Translations under genes and position numbers: made by a program
The notes under the pieces: model-generated
Database searches by the model: none
What the model was told of the DNA's origin: nothing
What the model saw: only the letters and a program-made list of their open reading frames with translations
Assembly: GCA_964016885.1 (NCBI GenBank)
Contig: OZ024741.1
Coordinates: 206,832,001-206,896,000 of the forward strand
DNA length: 64,000 bases
Source: Eledone cirrhosa
Lineage: Eukaryota
Reading direction: 5' to 3'
Shown here: one piece after another, positions 11,900 through 24,925 of the stretch
How positions within the stretch are numbered: position 1 is the first letter of the stretch
How the letters are laid out: each line of letters opens with the position of its first letter

Positions 11900-14800
11900 T
11901 TTTTTTTCATTTCCTTTTCTTTCATTTTGTTTATTACCAACATCAGTAAATGTCTTTGCAAGGTTTTTTTAATTGATAATAACCTTCTCAAGACACGGAT
12001 AGTGGCAATCAACACTATTTTCTGTATCTCTTGCAGATATGGCTTTCCCGGTCCAAATATCCTGTCCAAATGTTTTTCAGTTTCCTTTTTTATCGTTCCA
12101 AGTGCTCTGGTATGCTAAAGGCTTTAAGATGCCAAACTTTCTTATTAATTTCAATTGTCAAATCTTTATACTTACTGAGCTTTCCAAACTCTTTGAAGAT
12201 GTTTCGATCTGATGGAATGTTCATGTCAATTAAGAAACCTATTTTGTCTTTATGTTCCTTCACAATTATATCAGGGCTGTTGGCCTTGATTGTTCGGTCA
12301 GTGTTCACAGGGACATCCCATAAGATTGTCACGTTCTCATATTCTGTTACTGCATCTGGATGATGGTTGTACCAATTCCGCAAACTTCCTACTTCCCTTT
12401 GTAACTGAATGTAACCCCTTCATTCTATTGTGATCTGCAACAATTTTCATAATCTAGTCATCTGTGGTTTTAAGGTAATGATCGAGTCCACTGGTCGATA
12501 TCTTGTATGATAGCTCGAGCTGAATCATTCCTCTACCTCCCTTTTGCCTAGGGAGATAGAGGTGATACACATCTGCTCTGAGGTGATGCATTTTATTGCA
12601 GGTCAAAAGCTTCCTGGATTTTGTGTCTATTCTCTTAATTTCATCACCATTCCAATTTATGATATTGAAACTGTAGGTCACAATTGGGATTGCAATCGCA
12701 TTTATAAAAGTTAGCTTATTCCTCGAGTTAAGCCCAGTTCCCAAGACAACACGTACTCTCCGGTAGCATTCTTTCCTGATCCTCTCTTTTATGCTGGCCT
12801 GGTGAACTCCTTGGCCTTCATTGATCCCTAGATATCTGTAGGTTTTTTCCTGTTCTAGTTCCCTAATTACTGTATTCACATGTATTTCCATTGAGTTTGT
12901 GCTTGTCATTCTGCCTTTCTTGAATTTTGATTTGGCGCATTTTCCCAATCCAATTTATATCCCTACATCATCACTGAACACCTTAACTGTCTTCAGTAGT
13001 CCTTTCAATTATTTGTCATTTTTGGCATACAATTTCAAATGAACCATATAAAACGCTGTCTAAATAGTCATTCTTATTTTGTTGAGCGCTGGAGACAGCG
13101 ATACGTGTGCGATGCAAAATATCAGAGGTGAAAACGAATCTTCTTGAAAAATACCTCAGTTAATAATTATGCTGCTGGAATTTATAGTTCTATCACTGTG
13201 TGACAATGATAGATATGTATTCCATTTCAGGAAGTTTGATATCACTGGGTAAAAGCGTGCGGAACATTATCAAATGCTGTTTTATAGTTAACCCAAGCAG
13301 TATGCATGCTTCTGTGCTTGTTATGACAGTTTACCAGAATCATACTGTTAATGAGAAGTTGGTCTTTTCAACCGTAATACTCACGGCAACAACTTTTCTG
13401 CTCAATAAGGAATAGATGAATTTCATACATAAATTTGTAGGTTGTTTTAGTCAAGATTGAGGTGAGAATTTTGTATGATGTGGGAATGCAAGTGATAAAA
13501 CGATAACTTTTTGAATATCTGTTTCTATCGATTTTAGTAAGAGATATGCTGTACCTTGTGCAAACCAATCAAGAGATTTCTCAGTTTTGTGTATAATTTC
13601 GTTATAACATATTAGTAACGTAACATGGGGAGAAATTAGAAAAGATAACACGACATTTAGCACTTTAGCAATGCCAGATTTACATTTGTTAGTTTTCTTT
13701 AGTGAGTGACAACTCCAGTATTTCCTTAGTTGTTCTGCCAAGTCTGCACTTCTTAATTATTCTTTATCCATCCCGCATTCACATTATGAGATTTTTCTGT
13801 ACTGTATACTTTTTTTCCGAAATTCTCCAATTCTCTTTACTTGAATTGTCTATGTCCCAATTTCCCTGTAAAATCTTTTTTTTTATCTGGCATAAAGAGC
13901 TTACTTTGCCTGTAAAACCTATTCGTTTTTGAAATCTACTGATTCTTTGAGCTTTTAGCTGTACTTTGTGTTTCGTGTTTTCTTAGATTGGTGGAATATC
14001 AGGTTTTGAAGTTACTTTGTATTTCGTAATCACTTTCCGTCCTTCTCTTGACTTGACAGATTTCCCAGCACAGATTTCATCCCGGATTGATATTCCCCCG
14101 TCATCATTCGAATTTTTTTCTAAATCTTCCAGGGTTTTTGTTTTCCTTAACACACATTTCCTTTCTATTACTCTTCCTGTTGCATAGATAGACTCATTCA
14201 ATTCTTATATATCAGATTTCATCTCTTCAATTATTGCTTTAACAGCCTGATTTCCAATTCTAGTTCTTAGGTGTCATTTGATCTGGTTGTTACTTGGCAA
14301 ATTTTACAAGGATTCGCTTTCCTTCAAATATATGGGTTTTTCATTTTACCAAGTGCATTGAGAATATCTTGTTTTCTTTATTCTATTTGATCGTTATGTT
14401 CATGAGTAAAAATATTCTCATCCCTATTGTCAACATGTCTTTCAGCTTAATCCTATTCTGTCATGTTTCGGATACTCTCAATATTTTGTGAAATCTCTCC
14501 TGGTGACAGCATAGTCAATACGTGTTGTGGTGTCTCTTCTGTCACATATTTATTCCTATCACTTTCTGATATTGGTATTTTCAAATCTTTTTCAACATTC
14601 TTCTTAATTTCTTCATTTAACTCTGCCTCTGTAGGTCTTTGTTTATAAGAATCTCTCTTCTCTTACATTTGCAAATTTGTTTTCACCCAGGTTTGGTCTC
14701 ATTTCTGGATTTCTTTTTCTCTACACCATAACAGAATTTACGGTGTGTTTTGATTCCGATGGTTTGCCTAATGAGTGATAGAATGCGTATATCACTTATT

Positions 14801-15205
14801 TATACTCTTCTCAAGTCCATTTGATGCGTTGAGTGTTTTATCTTCCTCGTGGTGCTGAACTTGAAGGGCTTGGGTTGAAGTTATTATTGTTCAAGTGACC
14901 ATTGACGTCCATACTTGGAGAAGAGCTCGTTTCAATTGCAAACGTTTTGATCCTAGGTTGTTCCCTCCCTGAGAGATGCGTCCCTTGTTGACCCTGGCGA
15001 CGACCAAACCGGTATGAGATTTTGTCTGTAGAAATTGTGGTGATTCTTTTGTTTCTATACGCGTTTTATCCTTCACCGCCAAGGGGTAATTTTGTTCAAG
15101 ATACAACCTCTAGGACGATTATCAACTAAGATTAGTGAGCTCGTCCTACCCATGAGACGAAACTACTCCCCGCCAGGTGCCAGCCAGCTATTCCTTATCC
15201 ACGGG
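11900..15205 (-). mobile_element. R4/Dong-like REL non-LTR retrotransposon, near full-length, decayed
   Basis: YRFITCIPTSYKILT, YRYLGI, LYLPRQKGGRG, ILWDVPVNTDRTIKANSPDII...LIDMNIP...KLSKYKDL, LQEIQKIVLIATIRVLRRLL; 5' end abuts an ATT-rich tract at ~15205-15222. Confidence 0.85.
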
Positions 15206-15319
15206 GTTATTTTTTATTATTAATTTTGTCCTTAATTCTATCGAATTTGCCCCACCCACCGCAATTTCTGGCCTTGTGCCTATACTAGAAATCCTTATTA
15301 TTGATCGATATGAGAGCGA

Positions 15320-15530
15320 TGAATTGGGAGTATCGGAAGAGCGTCGGACAACATGCATTGCGACATAGAGTTACGGCCCTTTACGTCCTGCGTTCAAATC
15401 ATGCCGAGGTTTACTTATTCTTTCATAATCACGAGGTCTATAAAATAAAATACCAGTCACACACTGGGGGCAATTTAATCCATTTCCCCCCCAAAAAAGA
15501 ATTGCTGGCCTTGTGTCAAAATTATTATTG
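15320..15530 (+). mobile_element. tRNA-derived SINE, family A (diverged copy)
   Basis: gttcaaatc B-box, taaaataaaataccagtca core, ggccttgtg...attattatt tail. Confidence 0.75.
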
Positions 15531-16808
15531 ATCGATGTAGCTCACATTCAAAGAGCAATGCAGTTTGCCAGCGTCGAGATCCTCTATAAAAGCGAAGACT
15601 TTGCACAAAAACAATCGGTGACCCCCTGTTGGACTGAGGAGTTTATACACGATCCAACCTATCTCTCAATGAGGACTGTCAGGCTGAGAATACCAGATAT
15701 TCCGCCAGACATGAACATTTGGGGTATTGTGGGTGGCTCAAATGTAAACGCAACTAAAGGAAAAATTGTTGTGGGATGAATTTGGAGCTTCTTCTTCATA
15801 TATATCCAGACTAAATAGAAAAGATCCTGGACCAAATACAGCTGCCCAACGGTGTAGACCTCCGAATAAATAGACCTCCGAATAAATCGACAACCCATTT
15901 GAGAGCCACCTGCCCGTAATAAGCCGGAAACCAGAGGCTACTGCTACTACTAACATCTCGGACTAAACAGCAGCAGCAGCAGAAGCAGTAACAACAACAA
16001 CAACAACAGTATGCCACAAATGGAACAACAACAACAACTAATGTGCCAGTCGCTGAAACCCGACAAGACTAACACCACCATCACCAACAACAGCAGCACC
16101 ACCACCCGCGGAAGACATGCCTCTCCCTGACATTACACAGATGTATACAGATTGTGATGAGGAAACGGAGTAGCAAGCCATCTCCCACAAGAACAAAAAT
16201 AAAAGAAAATATTCCTTGTCTTCGCCTTTAAACAAAGGGGGTGAACGTGGGGAAAAGAAAAAGGTTAAAGCTTCAAAGCTACAAATGCCAATACCGACAT
16301 AAACTTCAAAATCTGCACCACCCCCACTACCATGACCACCACCATCAACACCACAACAGATACCAACAAAAACACCTCAAACACAAGCGCATAAAACTTG
16401 GGTCAAGGTGCGACGAAGTTGGCACCTGTTGGTGGTGGTTTGGTAGGAAAGGCACAAACATGTGCCATTCCGGATAGATCCATTCATGACAACCTCCACC
16501 TTATGCAATACATCTCAGAGATGCACCGTGACATCTGCTCTGTGGTTAGAGGGAACGGTCACCTTTCGGAACCGCTTAACATCATGCGCTCGGTCCACCA
16601 AGGTTGTCCCATCTAGTCCCTTTTCTATGTATTGAATCTTGAGCCACTACTACACAAATTGGAAACGTTAAGGGACATTCCGCAAGGACTAAGATGTGGG
16701 AAAACCATGTCAGCTTATGCCGGTGACGTCATCGTAGTTGTGTCGAACTCCAAACACAGTTGATCAGCACGTTCGAGGAATACGAAGGGACAACAGGAGC
16801 AAAAATTA

Positions 16809-16810
<2 letters not shown>
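15530..16810 (+). mobile_element. Tx1/L1-clade LINE, heavily deleted copy
   Basis: ORF1-like LRIPDIPP; RT pieces AQTCAIPDRSIHDNLHLM and SVHQGCP match the 55340-61230 element. Confidence 0.75.
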
Positions 16811-16853
<43 letters not shown>

Positions 16854-16876
16854 CATATATATTTATATATATATAT

Positions 16877-16969
<93 letters not shown>

Positions 16970-16975
16970 GAGAGA
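16807..16975. repeat. Compound (CA)/(TA)/(GA)n microsatellite
   Basis: Directly visible. Confidence 0.95.
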
Positions 16976-17864
16976 TACACTTGGGGCATTGGAAAATGAC
17001 ACAGCAACACAGATGTATGGAACATTGATCCAATAATAATAGAAGAAAGAGTTGTGGTGAGAAAAACGATGACATTTCCATCGTCCAGCAGATGTTTATA
17101 TTATAAGAGCAGTAATTTTCCTTTATATGTAAACACAATGAGATATTTACATTAATGTCGTGCTTGAGGTAGTAGTATGACTACCCCACTCCCGCTCGAT
17201 ATTGATATATCTAATGATAAAGATATCAGTTGACATGGGTGTTGTGTATATGTATTCATTGTTGTATTTCTCACCACAAACTCAGATGTTGTTGCAGATA
17301 CACAACACACACACATGTATATATATATATATATTTTTAGAAAATGTAGAAACTCTCGAATGCAGCAAATAACTGTGAACACAATCGATTTCCGAAAATA
17401 ATAGCTTGGAAAATCGGGTAAAATACATGGGGAAACTGTGTGCAGCTGCCCCTACAGAGAAGGTAGTACGAAATTCGATACACTGTAGCGGCTGCTGTTC
17501 ACTTTTTCCATCTATAGGGGTTTTACCCAATTTTCTAAGCTATTCTTTATTGCAATCGACTGCGTTCACAATTATTTTCTGCGTTCGAAATTTTAACGTC
17601 CCCAAATATAACAATGGCCGGTGTTAGGGCAGTCTTTCCCGGACAAATTTTATCCGTTACAAGATGCGGTTACAACCTTACCATTTTCGATACGCACAGG
17701 GTCATGCAACCAACGCTTATTTTGAGACGTTTGTTTGTCGCATCCGTTTGTCTGGGTTGTTTGAGGCTGGGTCTGGTATGCATGGTTAGTTTCCTGGGTG
17801 TTATTTTGCTGCGCCTGCCCGCCGGGGTGTTAAAACTTGTTGCAGGGAGATCAGGTGCATGGTT

Positions 17865-18248
17865 TTACTCCTCATCCTTAACCCATCTGAAGAAGGATAT
17901 TTTTAAGCGATGTGTACAACTTATCGCTGTTTCAGCTCTGCTGTTGATGAGTTTGTGGGGTGCAGTTATGATGTGGCAGAGCTCCATGAGGCAAAGATCG
18001 CACTTCCTCTTGAAGTTGTATGGTGCAGCCCTGCCGACAATATCCCAGTGCGTGGGGAAGCTGATGTTTAAGTCCTTTAGTGATGTGATGTAGTCCGCGA
18101 GCGAAGTGGAGTGTCTTAATTTTTTATTTGTGAAAGAGTGGAGATGTGTTCGAAACCTAATTTTGAACGGGCCGGAGGTAGCCCCTATATAATGTTTAAC
18201 GCTATTGTGGCTAGTTACAGTGCATCTATATATAACCCCATCAGTCAA
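17865..18248 (-). pseudogene. Penelope-like GIY-YIG endonuclease fragment
   Basis: GVIYRCTV...HYIGATSGPFKIRFRTHLHSF...CDLCLME...INSRAE. Confidence 0.85.
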
Positions 18249-18506
18249 GCAGTATCCAGAGGATACTGCTTGGGCGAAACGTACGTAGGTGGTGTTTTAA
18301 ATAAACATGTTTTAACGGTCTATTCTCCGATTTCTTACTTTTCCACGTGCTTACGCTCTGCTAACTCTCTAGCCCACTAAATATTAACACTTCGAATATT
18401 TAATACTGCCGGCATAAGTATCGAGCACCTTTGGCATACGCTACTTGGCAAATAACTATATGTATCACCTATCCTCCCCTTTTTTCTCTCTCTCAATACG
18501 TAAATA

Positions 18507-18630
<124 letters not shown>

Positions 18631-19127
18631 GTATGTGTGTGGGGGGAGGGGTGCGCACGTGTGTGCGTGAGTGTGTGTGTTTGTTAATGTGTCTGTTGAC
18701 ATTTGGAATATAGCTTAAGAGAAACTTGAAGATAATGGTAGGATAGGCACTCAATATTTTGAACTGGTTTATAGAATTATCTAGGCCTTTCTCACTCTAA
18801 GTAGAACCTTAAAGAATTAGCTTTTAAAGAATTTCCCTTTTCTTTAAATCCATCAACCATGACTGACCCCGAACGATCTTATAGACACCTGAAATATAGA
18901 CATTGTTAGCTTAAGAGAAACTTAAAAATAAGGAGTGGCACCCCACTCTGAACTTGTTTATAGAATTCTTTCTGCCTTTGTTACCCTAAATATAAATTAT
19001 AGTTTTAAAGAATTAGCTTTTAATGAATTCCCTTTTCTATGAACCAATGATCTCTACCCATCCCACTCCCTACCCTCTCCTACCACCCGAAGAGACCTAT
19101 AAATACCATATTTATTTTCTGATACCC

Positions 19128-19178
19128 AGATTCCTGATGATTTCTAAAGAATGAAACAGTTCTAGTACTGTAGAATCT
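19128..19178 (+). ncRNA. Type I hammerhead ribozyme
   Basis: agattc CTGATGA t-ttct-aa-agaa-t GAAA cagt-tctagt-actg TA gaatct; all three stems pair. Confidence 0.85.
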
Positions 19179-19361
19179 CATCTATATTAAATCTCTCTCT
19201 CTATATATATATATATATCTAGCCCACTAAATATTAACACTTCGAATATTTAATACTGCCGGCACTAGTATCGAGCACCTTTGGCATACGCTACTTGGCA
19301 AATAACTACATGTATCACCTATCCTCCCCTTTCTTTCTTTCTCTCGATACGTAAATACTGG

Positions 19362-19420
<59 letters not shown>

Positions 19421-19433
19421 TTTAATATAGATG

Positions 19434-19484
19434 AGATTCTACAGTACTAGAACTGTTTCATTCTTTAGAAATCATCAGGAATCT
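19434..19484 (-). ncRNA. Type I hammerhead ribozyme (inverted copy of 19128-19178)
   Basis: Reverse complement of the motif above. Confidence 0.85.
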
Positions 19485-20068
19485 GGGTATCAAAAAATAA
19501 ATATGGTATTTATAGGTCTCTTCGGGTGGTAGGAGAGGGTAGGGAGTGGAATGGGTAGAGGTTATTGGTTGATAGAAAAGGGAATTCATTAAAAGCTAAT
19601 TCTTTAAAGCTATAATTTATATTTAGAGTAACAAAGGCAGAAAGAATTCTATAAACAAGTTCAGAGTGGGGTGCCACTCCTTATTTTTAAGTTTCTCTTA
19701 ACATCACAATGTCTATATTTCAGGTGTCTATAAGATCGTTCGGGGTCAGTCATGGTTGATGGATTTAAAGAAAAGGGAAATTCTTTAAGGTTCTACTTAG
19801 AGTGACAAAGGCCTAGATAATTCTATAGACCAGTTCAAAATATTGAGTGCCTATCATAACATTATCTTCAAGTTTCTCTTAAGCTATATTCCAAATGTCA
19901 ACAGACATATATATATATATACATATTTGTGTATCCCGGGTTCAATCAGGGTAACCACAGTAAGTAAAGTACTCAATACAGAGCAGAGTATAAATATTTA
20001 ATATAGAAATGCCTTCTACAGGACTAGAAATGTTTCATTCGAAGGAAATCATCATATATATATATATA

Positions 20069-20152
<84 letters not shown>

Positions 20153-20156
<4 letters not shown>

Positions 20157-22245
20157 AAGGAACAGTAACATGGTAGGCTGTACAATAAGGGTTTTATTTA
20201 AAGTACTGACAATTGTTTCCTTGATCAGATGTGTCTAGAGTTCGCTAATCACTTGGTGCTGTGTCAATCGATCTCCAATACATTGTTTATAACTGTTCAA
20301 CTTATCAGAGCACATAGAAATGAAAATAATTTACTCGAGGCAAGATTTATATAGAAAAGTAGCGTAACACCAATAATATTATACGCCGGGAATTGCACAA
20401 AAAATACAAAATTTTTTACGCCGGGAATTGCACAAAAACAATTGAATCTGCACTCACTACCATTAATAAGTAGCATAGTAAAAAAACTGAAAATACCCGA
20501 TAGAACCGAGCCTCTAACCCCTTGTAACCCCACATTCTACCGTAAGGATCACAAAAATAACTTTGAAACGGACCCCACAATTAGATTAATACGCCCATCT
20601 AAGTCAGATATCGGTAGAATTTAGCAAGTATATTCGAGATAGAGTAATCGCACAAATTAAGGACAAACTAGTAATTAAGCTATGGGGGTAACACTAACGA
20701 AGCAATAGACTGGTTCAACAAAATAAGCAATAAGGAAACTTATAACTTCATAGAATTCGACATTAATGACTACTACTCATTCATTTCCCCAGTTACCCTG
20801 CGTAAAGCGCTAACCTTTACCCAGAATAATTCAGACCTTACCTCAGATGAAATTAAAATAATACTAGCTGCTAGAAGGACTATTATTAAATTCGAAAATA
20901 GTTACTGGGAACGAAAAGACAGACAGAATAGCTTCGATATCACAATGGGATCTAACGACTCAGCGCAAATAACGGACGTGGTGGGAATATATATAGCGCA
21001 CAACTTACACAACAACAAATCTGCACAAAATAAAATCTCAAATTGTAATTGCCACCTACCAGATAAGTGCCCATTACAGAATAGATGCCTGGATTCCAGC
21101 TTAGTATACATGTGTACTGTGAATTCAGGCAACTCTACCTGGCACTACATAGGTTCCACAGCAAGGAACCGCGCATTGGATAATTCTACAACGCTCGCCA
21201 ATAAAATCTGGCAGCTTGAGGACAAAAGCCTAGAATATAACATCAGTTGGTCGAAATTATCGACAGCCAAAGCCTACAAAAATGGTATGTCCCACTTCGG
21301 CTTCTGTAATTTAGAACTGCTACACATTCTAAGGCACGATAGGATGCTGCTCAACAGCAAAATAGAAAAATCCATTTTCTGCAGGCAGAAAATAGCTACT
21401 AGATTTACGAACTTCAAACCACCATGATTTGAACCAGCAATCCCAAAATTAATACTGAACCACCTAGATTTTAACATAGAATAACACTATCGCACCACTA
21501 TTAGCTATCAAAACTTCCAACAAATCACTGGAACATAAATCTCTATACACTTCTTCCACCTTCTCTCCACCAAACTCATTAAGATAATACAACCAGCAAA
21601 CATTTATCAAAAGCCCTGTCACCTCATAAGTATCATAAATCAATTAATCTCTAATTTATTGTCTCTCCTCTGCCGGACCCTCCACACAAACTTATCTATA
21701 CCTCAAATCTGGTTTCTCATGATAGCCCCAAAAACATTTTCTCAAAATCTACTAAAATCTAATTCTATGTACACTATCTGACCCCTTTATTCCTTTATTT
21801 TTATTTATTTATTTATTTATTTATTCTTTTATTTTTTTATTTCTCTGTATTCTCCATCTCCTCATCTTCTTATTAGTACTATTACTTTTTAATGTACTCT
21901 GTCTGATTTTACTGATTTACATCTGTAACTTCTCCATCTATTTACCATACATGTTTTATTATTGATGTTTATTGTTTTATTTAAACGCTATTTTATTAGT
22001 GATTTTATTATTGATGTTATTGTTTTGGTGTTACGCGACTTTTCTATATAAGTCTTGCCTCGAGTAAATTATTTTCATTTCTATGTGCTCTGATGAGTTG
22101 AACAGTTATAAACAATGTATTGGAGATCGATTGACACAGCACCAAGTGATTAGCGAACTCTAGTCACATCTGATCAACGAAACAATTGTCAGTACTTTAA
22201 ATAAAACCCTTATTGTACAGCCTACTATGTTACTCTTCTTTCTTT
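20153..22245 (+). mobile_element. Penelope-like element (Nematis-like CxCx5C linker), internally deleted, with ~220-bp inverted pseudo-LTRs
   Basis: 20153-20375 is the reverse complement of ~22020-22245; RT pieces KDHKNNF...IRLIRPSKSDIG and MGSNDSAQITDVVG; CNCHLPDKCPL; LVYMCTV...HYIGST GIY-YIG. Confidence 0.88.
22085..22195 (+). ncRNA. Type I hammerhead with ~82-nt stem II domain
   Basis: gtgct CTGATGA gttga...tcaac GAAA caattg TC agtac. The inverted copy at 20203-20313 has a mutated core (CUGAUAA). Confidence 0.78.
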
Positions 22246-22401
22246 AAATATTATTACTCCAAGTATAACCTGCATAGGAATTACCGCGAACTCGCTTCAT
22301 AGCTATGAAAACATCTTGTTGAGTCAAACAAAGCCGTACGTTAAAACTATCCACGACCCGGAGTACTCTAACTGGATTACCTATAACGATAACTTGTTAT
22401 C

Positions 22402-22472
<71 letters not shown>

Positions 22473-22630
22473 AAAGATTTATTTAAAATTGTTGGGTTAC
22501 AACGAGTAAATATTTTATAACTGATATAAAAGCACTCAACAGTTTTTGGAGTATCAAATCAACTTTTTAAATGGAAGTTGCATTATTCTAAGGTATGTCA
22601 AAATTATTTATAAAACAGCTTATATATTGT

Positions 22631-22694
22631 ATTTTGTCTGAGGAAGGCATACCATATTTTTAATATGATATCCCAGAAATATATATAACGAAAT
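22631..22694 (+). ncRNA. Type I hammerhead, family shared with 26436 and 35379
   Basis: attttgt CTGAGGA [ggcataccatatt/aatatgatatcc hairpin] GAAA tatata TA acgaaat. Confidence 0.72.
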
Positions 22695-22735
22695 AAATAT
22701 GGTTTTATAAATATAGTTTCCATTTGTTTAATATC

Positions 22736-22803
<68 letters not shown>

Positions 22804-23270
22804 ATGTGTGTGTATGTGTGTGTGTGTGTGTGTGTGTGTAGTTATAATGGAACATTCCAATATTAGCTTTGGTAAGGTGTGAAAAACTCAATGCGCGTTT
22901 GAGGTCTGCAGTAAGTAGGGATTCAAAACAATCGAAAGAGTCTTGCAAAGGTTAATATTATTGCTGTAAAAGACGGTGAAGGCAGCAAAGTGTACATATT
23001 TGTGTACATATTTAAATTGATAAAAACCAAAATTTTAAATCAAATCCATATTTAACCTATACAATCGTTTCTATAGGTGAGAAACTTGTATATACATGCA
23101 AACAATGGAACAATCAGTAGTAGGCCTTATGCCTGTAGTAGAAATCATTATTTACAAAGTATATAAAAGAATTAATTATCGACACAGTATATAAACTCAC
23201 TTTCAGGTATTCGGGAGCGTTTAGGAAGATTAACCCAACACAACACGTATCCAGAACATTAGCAAATAAT

Positions 23271-23456
23271 TGTTTCTACTTTTGGCACAAGGCCAGCAAT
23301 TAACCAGTACATTACTGGTACTTTATTTTATCGACCCCGTAAGGATGAAAGGCAAAGGTAACCTCGACGGGATTTGAACTCAGACCGTAAAGGGACGTAA
23401 CTATGCTGGAAAGCATGGCGTCCGACTCTCTACCGATACTGCCAATCCACCGCCGT
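23271..23456 (-). mobile_element. tRNA-derived SINE family A with 18-bp target site duplication
   Basis: agaacattagcaaataat at 23253-23270 and 23457-23474; A box TGGCAGTATCGG, B box GAGTTCAAATCC. Confidence 0.88.
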
Positions 23457-23564
23457 AGAACATTAGCAAATAATGAGTATAGGAAAACAATGTAAGAAAG
23501 CAGGCAAAGCAGATGCACGCAGAGAGTGGCAATTAGAGAGAAGTATTATTATTTCGGACGCCAA

Positions 23565-23785
23565 GGGCGGTGAATTGGCAGTATCGGTAGAGGGTCGGAC
23601 GTCATGCATTGCAGCATAGAATTACAGCCCTTTATGTTCTGAGTTCAAATCCCACCGAGGTTATCTTTGCCTTTCATCCTTACGGGGTCGATAAAATAAA
23701 GTACCAGTCACACATTGGGTTCGATTTAATCGACTTTCCCCTCCACCAAATTCGATGGTCTTCTGCCTATATAAGAAACCATTAT
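23565..23785 (+). mobile_element. tRNA-derived SINE family A
   Basis: ggcggtgaattggcagtatcggtag...gagttcaaatccc...tttgcctttcatccttacggggtcgataaaataaagtaccag. Confidence 0.85.
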
Positions 23786-23878
23786 TTTGGACGCCATGTT
23801 TTGCAGCAAAGAGTTGCGGCCCTTTATGATCTGAGTTCAAATCCTGCCGAGTTAACTGTGCCTTACATGCTTACTGAA

Positions 23879-24153
23879 GGCGCATGGCTTAGTGGTTAGA
23901 GCATTAGGCTTGCAATCGAAAGGTTGTGAGTTCAATTCTCAGACCGGATGATGTCTTGTTTACTTCAGAAAGACACTTTATTTCACATTGCTCCAGTATA
24001 CACAGCTGAAAATGAGTACCAGTAATAGCTGGAGGTTTAAGCCTGCGATTAACTGGCCAGTGGGGATTCTTGTACTCGCAGTCGCTTCACGCCATGAAAC
24101 CGTGATAAGCACCGGCCAAATGAGCCTTCTGGCTTAAGACAGACTTTTTTTTT
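23879..24153 (+). mobile_element. tRNA-derived SINE family B (Meta/V-domain-like body); partial copy at 27175-27290
   Basis: A box TGGCTTAGTGG, B box GAGTTCAATTC, acactttatttcacattgctccag body, T-rich end. Confidence 0.7.
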
Positions 24154-24460
24154 TACAACGTTACGGGGTCAATAATATGAAACGAAATTTCATTTCCCAC
24201 TCTTAGTACGGCTATTACTTAAATATAAGTATGTACACGTACATACATATATGTATACAGACGTACAGTAGTATGTATATATATATACATACATGCACAC
24301 ATATATATATATATGTGGGAAATGAAATTTCGTTTTTTTTTTTCGTTTATCGTTTTCGGTGCACCCGGCCGATTAACCCACTCGATATGCAAATTGGGCT
24401 TCTCAGCTGTTAATATGCATAAGGTAAATATATACGTTCAACAATCTGGCAGGAAGGTAT

Positions 24461-24502
24461 ACGTTGCTGAAGATAGCTAATAAGCTGAAACTAGTACAGC
24501 GT
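24461..24502 (+). ncRNA. Minimal type I hammerhead
   Basis: acgttg CTGAAGA t-agct-aata-agct GAAA ctag TA cagcgt. Confidence 0.82.
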
Positions 24503-24882
24503 TCCTTTGTCAGTGTTGAACAAACGAGCAACGATGGTTGCTGGAGACTACGGCTTAATACGGGATGTTTGTTTACAAACACACCGAGCATTATAATAAA
24601 TGTTCAGTGAATCCATACGTACATATATATATGTGTGAATGTATGTATATATATATATACATACTACTGTACGTCTGTATATATATATATGTATGTACGT
24701 GTACATACTTATATTTAAGTAACAGCCGTACTAAGAGTGGGAAATGAAATTTCGTTTCATTTTTCCGTTTATCGTTTTCGGTGCACCCGGCCGATTAACC
24801 CACTCGATATGCAAATTGGGCTTCTCAGCTGTTAATATGCATAAGGTAAGTATATACGTTCAACAATCTGGCAGGAAGGTAT

Positions 24883-24925
24883 ACGTTGCTGACGATAGCT
24901 AATAAGCTTGAAACTAGTACAGCGT
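24883..24925 (+). ncRNA. Minimal type I hammerhead
   Basis: acgttg CTGACGA t-agct-aata-agct-t GAAA ctag TA cagcgt. Confidence 0.85.

Larger units (their letters stand above)
18689..19907. repeat. ~510-bp inverted repeat (18689-19200 / 19401-19907) carrying hammerheads; the spacer duplicates 18368-18510
   Basis: tgtctgttgacatttggaatatagc... mirrored by ...gctatattccaaatgtcaacagaca. Confidence 0.92.

Noticed and set aside
15120-15205. Ribozyme (HDV-like or hammerhead) at the 5' end of the R4/Dong-like element
   Set aside because: gagacgaaactactc is suggestive, but I could not build a CUGANGA core or an HDV double pseudoknot by eye.
20153-22245. TIR DNA transposon or MITE interpretation of the long inverted repeats (also 38065-39245)
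   Set aside because: The interior encodes PLE RT/GIY-YIG and the repeats carry hammerheads, so these are inverted pseudo-LTRs.
23879-23950. tRNA gene
   Set aside because: A and B boxes are present, but there is no complete cloverleaf and it continues into a SINE body.
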